From Candidatus Hydrogenedentota bacterium (GTDB taxonomy: Bacteria > Hydrogenedentota > Hydrogenedentia > Hydrogenedentales > SLHB01): 41,616 nucleotides of DNA. The position numbers were made by a program, and so were the translations under genes. A model generated the notes under the pieces. The model was given only the letters and a program-made list of their open reading frames with translations, searched no databases and was not told the origin of the DNA. How positions within the stretch are numbered: the stretch's first letter is position 1; every line of letters begins with the position of its first letter. The stretch covers positions 1 through 41,616 of the forward strand of contig PWNM01000210.1 in the NCBI GenBank assembly GCA_003557825.1, written 5' to 3'. Below are positions 1 through 9,168 of the stretch, in pieces.

Positions 1-1395
1 AGTAGGCGTGATGTACTCGACGCCGAAAATATCGATTACCGTGCCTTCCGGGGCGATCAAGTCGAGGTCAAAAAAACCGCAGTTCTGCTCGCCCAGGTCG
101 TAGAGCAGTTCGATATCTCCCAAGGGACTGGGTTCGATGGCTGTGATGTGGCCGTTGTCATACATGAGCGCGGCCGGAGCATCGACCTGGGGCGTCCCGT
201 CGGCAATGACAGTCCGGGTCTGAAACTGCCGATTTGGCTCCTCCATCAGCATGGTTTCGGAAGGCAGTTGGCGCACCATACCGCCAAGTCGCTCGCGGAA
301 GGCCTCCGATGTTGTAACGGTTTGGACAATATCTTCGAAGGTCGCGCGCATGTTCGTGAGAAAGGCTCGTTTTTTCGCGGCGTCCATCAAAGCAAACTGA
401 ATGTCGTCGCTGATAAATCGAAACTCGTCAAGCACGGCCAAACACCAGGGATTTTCGTGTTCGGAATCGAGCGGATTAGACAATGTGAAACCACCGGCGT
501 TGAGAAACTGAATCCAAACCTCGTTGCTCCAATGCGTCAGAGGACTGGAAAGTACGGCAAGGAGAAAGTTTTCCCCTTTTTTCAGCGTATAGCGTCCGTC
601 TTTGGCATGTTCTCCATTGATAGTAATGGTCAGCGCCGGAGCGTCCAGATCCAGGCGTTGTTCCCGGTCCGAAACGATACAGGTTGCCAGAACGGCGGGT
701 TTACATAGCGCGTTATTGGCTTCGATAAGCCCGGGATAAATGAGCCGTCCTAGCGGAAAGGCATAGCATACGAATTCGGCACTCACGACATTCGCTTCCA
801 AAAATGCCTGAAAGGCGAAGGGCTCCCGGGTGAGCAAGGGACAATCGCGGGCATTCAGGTCCTTCCACGGGCCGTCTTCAGCAGCATACAGCACTTGGGC
901 GGGCCCGTATTCGCCTGAATAGGTAAAGCGGGCGTCGATATACTCGAAGGGCTCCATTTGAACGCTGGCCTTGGGCACATTACGAACAAGCCCGGCAAAG
1001 TCGCAGGTTTCCCATTGTTCGTCCGTGTTGATCGTCACGGACTGACCGTCAGCCTGGACGACTTCGAGCTGGGCGAGCAATCCGGCCTGCTGCGGGACCT
1101 GATGGAAGTTACCCACGCCGAAGTACCGCGCCAGTACCTCGATTGTATTGTCACCGGAGCATAAATAGGTCGACACATCAATGACATCATATTGGTAATG
1201 CTCGGGCCAGCTTCGGCACGGCCCATCGGCCACCCATTCACCGTTAATGAACACCCGAAACCAGCTATCGGCGGTAATTGCGAGAGTCCCGGTTTCGGGA
1301 TCGGTCAGGGAAAAGGTTCGCCGCGCTTCGATAGCATCGTTATATTGGTTGTAGTCATCCTGGGGTCGCCAAATCCATTGGGCCGTGAGATTCAT
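1..1395 (-). CDS. Glycoside hydrolase, alpha-L-rhamnosidase (GH78)-like N-terminal region; C-terminus lies beyond the window edge
   Basis: The minus-strand frame is open from ATG 1395-1393 to position 1 (465 codons, no stop). It is absent from the ORF track because it has no in-window stop. I checked the translation by hand at both ends and in the middle: MNLTAQWIWRPQDDYN..FRVFINGEWVADGPCRSWPE..YDVIDVSTYLCSGDNTIEV. This WIW / ING..V..GP / G.N.I.V pattern is typical of the N-terminal beta-sandwich of bacterial rhamnosidase-type hydrolases. The family call is from memory only. Confidence 0.5.
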   Translation of the reverse strand, partial: MNLTAQWIWRPQDDYNQYNDAIEARRTFSLTDPETGTLAITADSWFRVFINGEWVADGPCRSWPEHYQYDVIDVSTYLCSGDNTIEVLARYFGVGNFHQVPQQAGLLAQLEVVQADGQSVTINTDEQWETCDFAGLVRNVPKASVQMEPFEYIDARFTYSGEYGPAQVLYAAEDGPWKDLNARDCPLLTREPFAFQAFLEANVVSAEFVCYAFPLGRLIYPGLIEANNALCKPAVLATCIVSDREQRLDLDAPALTITINGEHAKDGRYTLKKGENFLLAVLSSPLTHWSNEVWIQFLNAGGFTLSNPLDSEHENPWCLAVLDEFRFISDDIQFALMDAAKKRAFLTNMRATFEDIVQTVTTSEAFRERLGGMVRQLPSETMLMEEPNRQFQTRTVIADGTPQVDAPAALMYDNGHITAIEPSPLGDIELLYDLGEQNCGFFDLDLIAPEGTVIDIFGVEYITPT

Positions 1396-1446
1396 TGTAA
1401 TTCCTTTCATACTAGACCATGCACATACTAGATATTGCGGGTTATT

Positions 1447-3126
1447 TTAACGGGTGATGATGCTATGGTAGCGCTTACGCCGATTGGCAAAGACATCGCC
1501 GCCAAGTTCCTTGGCGCGCCACTCCTCGTATTCGCGGTAGTTTCCTGTAAACCATCGCACTTGGCCATCTCCCTCAAAAACAAGCAGATGAGTGCAGATA
1601 CGGTCCAGGAAGAATCGATCATGGCTCACGACCATCGCGCAGCCCGGAAAACCGAGCAAGGCTTCTTCGAGCATCCGCAGGGTGTTGACATCGAGATCGT
1701 TGGTCGGCTCGTCAAGAAGCAGTACATTGCCGCCGGTTTTGAGTACTTTGGCAAGACGATAGCGGTTGCGCTCGCCGCCGGATAGCTGATTCACGGTTTT
1801 CTGCTGGTCCGCCCCGCGGAATCCAAACCGGGCAAGATATTGCCGAACCGGGACGGAACGGTTGCCCAAGGCGATCTCGGGGACGCCTTCGCTAATCGCA
1901 TCAACCAGCCCAACCGATTCGCCCGAAAGATCGATGTCCTGCGGCACATAGGCGAACTGAACCGTGGGGCCAACGGCGATGCTGCCGGCATCCGATATTT
2001 CCTCGCCGACCAGCAACCGGATGAGCGTGGTCTTCCCGGCGCCATTGGGCCCTACCACGCCGACAATTGCCCCCTTAGGAACCTGGAACGAGACATCCTG
2101 GAATATGGGCGCACCGTCGTAGCTCTTCGCCACCTTGTCAAACGCAATGACTTGATCGCCCAACTCGGGACCCGGAGCGATTTGGATGGTTGCGCCATCA
2201 TCGCGGGCCGCCGACGTCTCCTGGGCGACCAATTTCTCGAATTCGGCCACACGCGATTGGGCAAGCTGGTGGCGGTCCTTATTGCTCATGCGTATCCAGG
2301 ACAGTTCCCGCGCAAGGGCGCGACCGCGAGGCGAGTCCTTCTTCTCATCGGTAACCAATCGCGAAAGCTTCTGCTCCAACCACGAAGTGTAATTGCCTTC
2401 GTAGGGAATCCCTTCGCCGTTGTCGAGTTCAAGAATCCATTTCGTGATGTTGTCGAGAAAATACCGGTCGTGAGTGACGATAATGACCGTCCCGGGATAG
2501 TCGCGCAGCTGGGCTTCCAGCCAGTCCACTGTCTCCGCGTCGAGATGGTTGGTGGGTTCATCGAGAAGCAGCAGGTCGGGTTGCTCAAGAAGGGCCTTGC
2601 ACAGGGCCACGCGGCGCCGCTCGCCGCCGCTTAATGACCGAACAACCCGGTCGTCATCGGGCAAGACCAGGGCTTCGCTGGCCTGATTGAGCTTGACATC
2701 GAGACTCCACGCATCGGCCGCATCGAGTTTGTCCTGCAGTTCGCCCATCCGATCCAATGCGGCCTGCATGGCATCATCGTCCATGGGTTCGGCAAGCTGG
2801 ATAGACAGATCCTCATATTCCTTAAGGAGGGACTGGGTCTCGCCAAAGGCCGATTCGATGGTCTGCCGCACGGCGAGAGAATCATCCAGAACGGGATCCT
2901 GCAGGACGATTCCGGCTCGGTACCCCTTGGACAACTGCGCCTGCCCCTGAAAATCATCGTCCAGTCCGGCCATGATACGCAGGACGGTTGATTTCCCGGA
3001 ACCATTGGGACCGACAATGCCGATCTTGGCCCCCGGAAAGAAGCAAAGCCCGATATCTTTCAGTACCTGTTTTTGGCCATAGTACTTGTTCAGGCCAAGC
3101 ATGGTGAAAATAAACTTCTCCGCCAT
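1447..3126 (-). CDS. ettA: ABC-F ATPase, energy-dependent translational throttle protein EttA
   Basis: ORF 1447..3150, with the start moved to ATG 3126 (MAEKFIFTMLGLNKYYG). It has two ABC cassettes (Walker A GPNGSGKS and GPNGAGKT; signatures LSGGERRR and LSGGERNR) and no TM domain. The C-terminus FTGNYREYEEW matches the EttA/YjjK pattern. Confidence 0.9.
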   Translation of the reverse strand: MAEKFIFTMLGLNKYYGQKQVLKDIGLCFFPGAKIGIVGPNGSGKSTVLRIMAGLDDDFQGQAQLSKGYRAGIVLQDPVLDDSLAVRQTIESAFGETQSLLKEYEDLSIQLAEPMDDDAMQAALDRMGELQDKLDAADAWSLDVKLNQASEALVLPDDDRVVRSLSGGERRRVALCKALLEQPDLLLLDEPTNHLDAETVDWLEAQLRDYPGTVIIVTHDRYFLDNITKWILELDNGEGIPYEGNYTSWLEQKLSRLVTDEKKDSPRGRALARELSWIRMSNKDRHQLAQSRVAEFEKLVAQETSAARDDGATIQIAPGPELGDQVIAFDKVAKSYDGAPIFQDVSFQVPKGAIVGVVGPNGAGKTTLIRLLVGEEISDAGSIAVGPTVQFAYVPQDIDLSGESVGLVDAISEGVPEIALGNRSVPVRQYLARFGFRGADQQKTVNQLSGGERNRYRLAKVLKTGGNVLLLDEPTNDLDVNTLRMLEEALLGFPGCAMVVSHDRFFLDRICTHLLVFEGDGQVRWFTGNYREYEEWRAKELGGDVFANRRKRYHSIITR

Positions 3127-3240
3127 GGGATTCCTTTTTCGTTGTGGCACATGTTTATGCTGCGTCGGTTGGATGCAGGATGCAGCGGAAGTGCAAAGTG
3201 TACACGGATTGCCTTGCGGAAGGAAAACCGATTCCGGTAA

Positions 3241-3274
3241 CCGGGCGGGTAGGAGAACCTACCCGCCCGGTTTT
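3241..3274. terminator. Perfect 13-bp GC-rich hairpin (CCGGGCGGGTAGG-agaa-CCTACCCGCCCGG) plus TTTT, between the oxidoreductase stop and the ettA start
   Basis: Read directly: arms 3241-3253 and 3258-3270, a 4-nt loop, and TTTT at 3271-3274 on the plus strand. On the minus strand, which is the direction of the flanking genes, the hairpin is preceded by AATAAAA and has no immediate U tract. It is probably a terminator or insulator between two minus-strand units. Confidence 0.5.
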
Positions 3275-3294
3275 ATTATGGTAGGAATACGCCG

Positions 3295-4542
3295 TTATCC
3301 GACGCGAAGGGTCTCAGCGCCACGACCTTGGGCGATGAGGGATGTGTAGGTATCGAGTTTGGACCGCGTCGCGGCATCGGTTAGATCGATGGTGCGCCCT
3401 TCTTCGGCCGACATATACGCCGCCTGACACAGCCGGGTGATTTCCAGGCCGTAGTCGAAGGTTAGCAACGCATCCCGTCCTTCCCGGAAGGATTGTACCG
3501 CATCGGCCAGTTCGCTGACATAGCCGTATAAGTCTGCTTCATTGGGCTGAACGGTCAACAATCCACGGGTCGCCGTCGCTTTCTCCAGGGCCGTTTCAGC
3601 ATCGGCAACGGCTTCAGCCGCTTCATCACCAATGAAGACCTGGAGGGGCGACATCAAGGTGTTGATTTCGAATGCGTAGCCCGGCCCGAGGCCGTCCATG
3701 AGCAGGCGTAGGCCTTGTTTGTCGTACATCCACGAGTTGGTGAACTGAGCCTTAACATGCTGTCCTGTCTCAGGATTGCGGAAAGTCACCATACCGGTGG
3801 CGAAATCCTCGGCGGGGGTTTTGTAATAGTCAACGCCCGTCCGTTCGAGTAGTTTGTTCCTTCCCTCGGGCGTTCCCCACTTGAGCAAGCCCACATCGGC
3901 GCTCACCGCCACGGGCTCAAGGAACATGGGGTCTTTACCCAGCGGCGTCAGCACATACCATCCCACGGCGATGCTGTGGCATCCCATGTCAGACAAAACG
4001 CCGCCGCCTTGGCGGGTAGGATCCCAGAACCAGGGCATGTGGGGCCCTGCATGCTCTTCGGCGCTCCGGGCCAGGGCAATGGGTCCCATGGTGCGCTGTT
4101 GCGGGCCCAGTTGCGCCAGTGAATTCTGAATCGCCTTCATATGAATTTGATTCTCGAAATATGCCGTTGGACATTCCATGCTTCGAGCCAAGTCGAGCAA
4201 TTGCTGGGCTTCCGCAACCGTCCGTCCCAAGGGTTTTTCACAGATGATGCCCTTGAGCGAAGCGCCCTTCTTCACAGCGTCCGCGATTGCCTGGAAAACC
4301 TCGATTCGGACATAGTTCGGGGCAAAAACAGCTACCGCATCCGACGCATTACAGACATCTTCAATCGAGTTGTACACCGTACACTCGCCAACCCCGATTT
4401 TTTTTGAGAACGCGGAAAGCGCCTCTGCGCCCTCGGGCGCGTATACGCCAACCAGATCCGCATCCCGCAGCCCCTGCAACGCCGTTGCCTGGAATTGCGA
4501 GATGAACCCGGCTCCGATAAATCCTAGTTTGAACCGCTCCAT
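3295..4542 (-). CDS. Gfo/Idh/MocA family NAD(P)-dependent oxidoreductase
   Basis: 415 aa. N-terminal Rossmann segment MERFKLGFIGAGFISQF and the family-typical EKP motif (ICEKPLG). AGGAGG lies upstream of ATG 4542. Confidence 0.85.
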   Translation of the reverse strand: MERFKLGFIGAGFISQFQATALQGLRDADLVGVYAPEGAEALSAFSKKIGVGECTVYNSIEDVCNASDAVAVFAPNYVRIEVFQAIADAVKKGASLKGIICEKPLGRTVAEAQQLLDLARSMECPTAYFENQIHMKAIQNSLAQLGPQQRTMGPIALARSAEEHAGPHMPWFWDPTRQGGGVLSDMGCHSIAVGWYVLTPLGKDPMFLEPVAVSADVGLLKWGTPEGRNKLLERTGVDYYKTPAEDFATGMVTFRNPETGQHVKAQFTNSWMYDKQGLRLLMDGLGPGYAFEINTLMSPLQVFIGDEAAEAVADAETALEKATATRGLLTVQPNEADLYGYVSELADAVQSFREGRDALLTFDYGLEITRLCQAAYMSAEEGRTIDLTDAATRSKLDTYTSLIAQGRGAETLRVG

Positions 4543-4744
4543 GTCTCTCCAACGCCTCCTTTCTAGTTACCCATTGCATATGTTTTTTGGCCACAAAAGG
4601 TACCCCCCTTTATGCGGCGTTGAGAAGGATTATAGGGAATGAGAGCATTTTCCGCAAGGAAAGCCCCGACGAGGAATGCATTCAGAAGAGATGGGCCCAC
4701 CCTTTGGGGTCATGGTCAAACACATACGGAGTACCATGGGTACG

Positions 4745-4776
4745 AAAACGCGCCACTGGGAAAACCTAGTGGCGCG
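4745..4776 (-). terminator. Rho-independent terminator of glnA
   Basis: Arms CGCGCCACT (4749-4757) and AGTGGCGCG (4768-4776). On the minus strand the hairpin is followed directly by UUUU (complement of 4745-4748), 28 nt downstream of the glnA stop. Confidence 0.6.
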
Positions 4777-4803
4777 CACAGATAATCTGCGGTTACGTTA
4801 TTT

Positions 4804-6228
4804 CTAGATGTCGTAGTACAGCATGAACTCGTACGGATGGGGACGGAGATTCACGGCATCCACTTCCGACTCTTGCTTGTACTCGATCCACTTTTCGACG
4901 ACGTCTTTGGTAAACACGTCGCCTTTCAGCAGGTACTCATGGTCGACCTCTAGGGCCCGTAGCGCCTCATCGAGACTTCCCGGCGTCTGTTTGATGGTGG
5001 CCTTGATCTCAGGGGGGAGATCGTACAGATTCTTGTCCATCGGTTCACCAGGATCAATCTTGTTCTGGATACCGTCCAGACCGGCCATCAGCATGGCCGA
5101 GAAGGCGAGATAGGGATTGCAGCTTGGATCCGGCACGCGGAATTCGACGCGCTTGGCTTTTGGACTGGGCGAGTACATGGGAATCCGGCAGCACGCGCTG
5201 CGATTTCGGCTTGAATAAGCCAGGTTCACAGGAGCTTCGTATCCCGGTACGAGGCGCTTATACGAGTTGGTGGTCGGATTGGTAAACGCAACCAACGACG
5301 CCGCATGATGGAGCAGCCCGCCAATGAACCACAAGGCCTCCTGGCTCAGTCCGGCATATTTGTCGCCTGCAAATAGGGGTTTGCCGCCTTTCCAGAGACT
5401 CACATGGGTGTGCATGCCCGAGCCGTTATCGGAAAACAGCGGCTTCGGCATGAAGGTCACGGTTTTACCCACCATTTTGGCCGTGTTCTTGATAATGTAC
5501 TTGTACATCATAAGTTGGTCGGCCATGCGGGTCATCGTATCGAACCGCATGTCGATCTCGCCTTGGCCGCCTGTGGCTACCTCATGGTGATGGCACTCGA
5601 CTTTGAGGCCGCAATCCAGCATAGTGGCAACCATTTGGTTTCGCAGATTATGCTGCGAATCCGCTGGCGGAAGGGGGAAATAGCCTTCTTTGTACCGCAG
5701 CTTGTAGCCCAAGTTGGGAGATTCCACGCGACCGCTATTCCAAATACCTTCAAAGCTGTCGACTTCGTGGTATCCCATATTGGGCCTGTAATCGAATCGC
5801 ACATCGTCAAAGATGAAGAATTCGGCTTCCGGGCCATAATATGAGGCATCTGCCACGCCACTGGAAACGAGGTAGTTCTCCGCCTTCTGCGAGATGCATC
5901 GCGGACACCGCGAATACCGCTCTTTCGTAATGGGATCCAGGATGTTGCTGTACAGAATCAGCGTGGGGATGTCGGAAAAGGGATCCACCAATGCCGTCTT
6001 TGGGTCGGGCATTACGAGCATGTCGCTCTCATTGATCGCTTGCCATCCACGAATACTCGAGCCATCAAAACCCAACCCATCCTCGAAGGTCTCCTCGGAG
6101 AACTCCGAAATGGGAATGGTGAAGTGCTGCATCAGGCCCGGGAAATCCATGAAACGCAGGTCGATGAACCGAACGTTCTCCCTATTGCACAGCTCTACTA
6201 CGTCTTTGGGGGTATAATCGTTATGCAT
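4804..6228 (-). CDS. glnA: Glutamine synthetase type I
   Basis: 474 aa with GS-I hallmarks: [33 protein letters not shown], and an adenylylation-loop-like [19 protein letters not shown] precedes ATG 6228. Confidence 0.95.
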   Translation of the reverse strand: MHNDYTPKDVVELCNRENVRFIDLRFMDFPGLMQHFTIPISEFSEETFEDGLGFDGSSIRGWQAINESDMLVMPDPKTALVDPFSDIPTLILYSNILDPITKERYSRCPRCISQKAENYLVSSGVADASYYGPEAEFFIFDDVRFDYRPNMGYHEVDSFEGIWNSGRVESPNLGYKLRYKEGYFPLPPADSQHNLRNQMVATMLDCGLKVECHHHEVATGGQGEIDMRFDTMTRMADQLMMYKYIIKNTAKMVGKTVTFMPKPLFSDNGSGMHTHVSLWKGGKPLFAGDKYAGLSQEALWFIGGLLHHAASLVAFTNPTTNSYKRLVPGYEAPVNLAYSSRNRSACCRIPMYSPSPKAKRVEFRVPDPSCNPYLAFSAMLMAGLDGIQNKIDPGEPMDKNLYDLPPEIKATIKQTPGSLDEALRALEVDHEYLLKGDVFTKDVVEKWIEYKQESEVDAVNLRPHPYEFMLYYDI

Positions 6229-6331
6229 CGTTTCCTCCGTGCTTCACTTCATGTGACTGCACCCTGGTTGCGGTGGCCGCAAGCAAACCCCAAGGCTCCA
6301 CCATGGGCCTACTCGAACCAACCTGTGGCTT

Positions 6332-6802
<471 letters not shown>

Positions 6803-6992
6803 TCACCCAAAAGCGTTAATGGCATGCAAATGGTTATGGGGAAACCATTTACGAGGTTTTTGGCGTTAGCATGTGAGGCCAAAGACATGATCAAGAACCT
6901 ACATAATCGTCGGTTCGCAAGGATGGGTCCTACTCGAACGTATGAGGAGCGCCATTCCGTTGAATGTGATCCAATTGTGACATGAATCTCGA

Positions 6993-7021
6993 TTGACTTG
7001 TGCAATGGTGTCGAATATGAT
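6993..7021 (+). promoter_or_regulatory. Sigma70-type promoter candidate for nrfH-nrfA (TTGACT-N17-TATGAT)
   Basis: -35 TTGACT at 6993-6998, a 17-nt spacer, and -10 TATGAT at 7016-7021, about 48 nt upstream of the nrfH ATG. Confidence 0.5.
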
Positions 7022-7068
7022 AATGTACTCATATACGAAGCTGAAACTGCCAATGGGGAGGCGGAGAG

Positions 7069-7542
7069 ATGAAGCTATTCGAATCGACCGGGCAGTTTGT
7101 CACCTATGCCGTGGTCCTAATGCTAATCGGCACGGGAATTGTCCTAGGGGTGGGCTCCTACACGTTTGTCTACGCCCAGGGATTCTCGTATATGAGCGAC
7201 GATGCCGCTGTATGCGCGAACTGCCACATCATGCAGGATCATTATGACGCCTGGATCAAAGGCAGCCACCATGCGGTTGCGACATGCAACGATTGCCACA
7301 CGCCTCACGATTTTCTGGGCAAATATCTCATGAAGGCCATCAACGGGTTCAATCACTCCTTTGCCTTCACCACGGGATATTTTCATGAGCCCATCCAGAT
7401 CAACGAAATGAACCGGCGCGTTACGGAGCAGACGTGCCGTGAATGTCATGCAGATATGGTACATGCAATAGACTTTGCTCCCTATCATGTCGAGCCGATG
7501 GATTGCATCCGCTGCCACGACTCGGTGGGACACATGCGATGA
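7069..7542 (+). CDS. nrfH: Cytochrome c nitrite reductase small subunit NrfH (NapC/NirT-type tetraheme quinol dehydrogenase)
   Basis: 157 aa with an N-terminal TM helix and four heme motifs: CANCH, CNDCH, CRECH and CIRCH. The first is CANCHIM, the CXXCHXM signature of NrfH. GGAGG RBS. The gene lies immediately upstream of nrfA. Confidence 0.9.
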   Translation: MKLFESTGQFVTYAVVLMLIGTGIVLGVGSYTFVYAQGFSYMSDDAAVCANCHIMQDHYDAWIKGSHHAVATCNDCHTPHDFLGKYLMKAINGFNHSFAFTTGYFHEPIQINEMNRRVTEQTCRECHADMVHAIDFAPYHVEPMDCIRCHDSVGHMR

Positions 7543-7575
7543 AACGCAAGGGCAAATAAGCGGGGAGGATTCCCA

Positions 7576-9126
7576 ATGAGTAAGCAATCAAAGCACAAAG
7601 CGGTTTCGGAGCAGGGAATGGTCAACCGGCGGACATTGTTGGTTGCGGCGGGAGCAGGCGTGTTTGCCGTAGCGGTACTGGCGTTTGCGGTAACCGCATT
7701 GCTGGTAAACGTTTTCCATCGCCAGCAGGAGGCTGCCCAACCCTTCTTTCGCGTCGTTGAAATAACGGACGAAACAGCAGATCCCGCGGTCTGGGGGCAG
7801 AACTTCCCCCTTCATTATGACCTATATATACGCACCACCGACATGGAGCGCACCCGATTCGGCGGCAGCGAGGCCATGCCGCGGACACCGACGGATGCCG
7901 ATCCCCGTTCGGTCGTGGCCCGCTCGCAGGTCGAGGAAGACCCACGATTACGGATCATGTGGGCCGGTTATCCTTTCTCTGTTGATTACCGCCATGCCCG
8001 AGGTCATGCATACATGCTAGAAGATGCGACCTTTACCGAAAGACATGAAGTACAGCAATACGGCGTCTGCCTGAATTGCCACGCTTCGACCTACACGACC
8101 TTTATGGAACTTGGGGAAGGCGATTTGACCCGCGGATTCGAGCAGTTCAACCCGATGCTGTTTGAGGAAGCCCGGGCACTGGTCGAGCATCCCATTTCAT
8201 GCATTGATTGTCACGATCCCGAAACCATGCAGTTGCGGATTACCCGACCGGCGTTCAAGGAGGGGATCAAGGTATACAAGGCCTCGCAGGGGATTCCCGA
8301 CTATGATGTGAACACCATGGCGACCCGTCACGAAATGCGCTCATACGCCTGCGCCCAGTGCCATGTCGAGTATTATTTCGCCGGTGACGAACGGCGGCTC
8401 ACCTTCCCATGGCACAAAGGATTGCGAGCGGACGACATGCTCGAATATTTTGACGAAATCGACTTCACGGATTGGGTCCATGCCGACACGGGCGCAAACA
8501 TGCTGAAAGTGCAGCATCCCGAGTTTGAGCTCTGGTCTCAAGGAACCCATGCGGCGGCCGGAGTTACGTGCTCCGATTGCCATATGCCCTATAAACGCGT
8601 CGGCGCCATGAAAATAAGCGACCACCACGTCCGTAGTCCCTTGCTTAACATCAACAACGCCTGCCAGACGTGTCACAACGTCCAAGAGGACGAGTTGCTA
8701 AGACGGGCCGAAACCATACAGGAACGGACGTTTGAGATGCGTCATCTGGCGCTGGACGCCATGGTACACCTTGTAGAGGGTATCATCGACGCCCAGGAAG
8801 GGAACATGCCAGAGGAGCGACTCGAGCTGGCCCGGCAGTACCAACGAAGCGGAACCTTTTATCTCGATTTCGTCGAAGCGGAGAACTCGATGGGGTTCCA
8901 TGCGCCCCAAGAATCGGCCCGGGTGTTGCTCAAGGCCATCGATCATTTCCGCAAGGGCTCCCTGGCGCTCAAGCCGCCCATGGATGCCATAGCCGACCCA
9001 GGGCTCATTGAGGGAGTCGTTCCGCGCGGTCAGGAACCGACGCTGGCGCCGTATGCTGAAGACGAGGATTTCGTACGAACGGAACCGATTCCTGAAGAAG
9101 ACGAGGATATGCCGGAGGAAGAATAA
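7576..9126 (+). CDS. nrfA: Ammonia-forming cytochrome c nitrite reductase NrfA (pentaheme), CXXCH-type heme 1
   Basis: 516 aa with an N-terminal signal/anchor helix and five heme motifs: CLNCH, CIDCH, CAQCH, CSDCH and CQTCH. NrfA-typical active-site context is present (YRHARGH, CAQCHVEYYF, KVQHPEFELW..CSDCHMPY). GGGAGGA RBS. Confidence 0.9.
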   Translation: MSKQSKHKAVSEQGMVNRRTLLVAAGAGVFAVAVLAFAVTALLVNVFHRQQEAAQPFFRVVEITDETADPAVWGQNFPLHYDLYIRTTDMERTRFGGSEAMPRTPTDADPRSVVARSQVEEDPRLRIMWAGYPFSVDYRHARGHAYMLEDATFTERHEVQQYGVCLNCHASTYTTFMELGEGDLTRGFEQFNPMLFEEARALVEHPISCIDCHDPETMQLRITRPAFKEGIKVYKASQGIPDYDVNTMATRHEMRSYACAQCHVEYYFAGDERRLTFPWHKGLRADDMLEYFDEIDFTDWVHADTGANMLKVQHPEFELWSQGTHAAAGVTCSDCHMPYKRVGAMKISDHHVRSPLLNINNACQTCHNVQEDELLRRAETIQERTFEMRHLALDAMVHLVEGIIDAQEGNMPEERLELARQYQRSGTFYLDFVEAENSMGFHAPQESARVLLKAIDHFRKGSLALKPPMDAIADPGLIEGVVPRGQEPTLAPYAEDEDFVRTEPIPEEDEDMPEEE

Positions 9127-9168
9127 GCTCCTGTGGCGCGTTGTTTTAGGCCAAAGGAGCAATTGTAC

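Noticed and set aside
1840-2634. There are long ORFs antisense to, or out of frame with, confidently called genes. Examples: 1840..2634 (+, 264 aa) inside ettA; 16619..17563 (+, 314 aa); 26454..27296 (-, 280 aa); 8698..9315 (-, 205 aa); 30002..30631 (-, 209 aa); 39035..39670 (-, 211 aa).
   Set aside because: Each lies opposite or out of frame to a gene with clear family motifs. Their translations are Arg/Pro/Gly/Ser-rich, low-complexity shadow products typical of GC-rich DNA. None has an RBS or a recognisable motif.
4543-4744. The ~200-nt gap between glnA and the oxidoreductase gene contains a 60-codon ORF (4587..4769, +).
   Set aside because: The ORF has no RBS, runs through the glnA terminator hairpin and has a basic, low-complexity translation. 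I found no convincing promoter or RNA motif by eye, so the region is left unannotated.
7618-7700. A twin-arginine-like NRRTLL sequence at the NrfA N-terminus suggested Tat export.
   Set aside because: c-type cytochromes are matured from Sec-exported apoproteins. The RR is followed by a long uncleaved-looking hydrophobic helix. I treat it as a Sec signal or signal anchor and not as a Tat signal.
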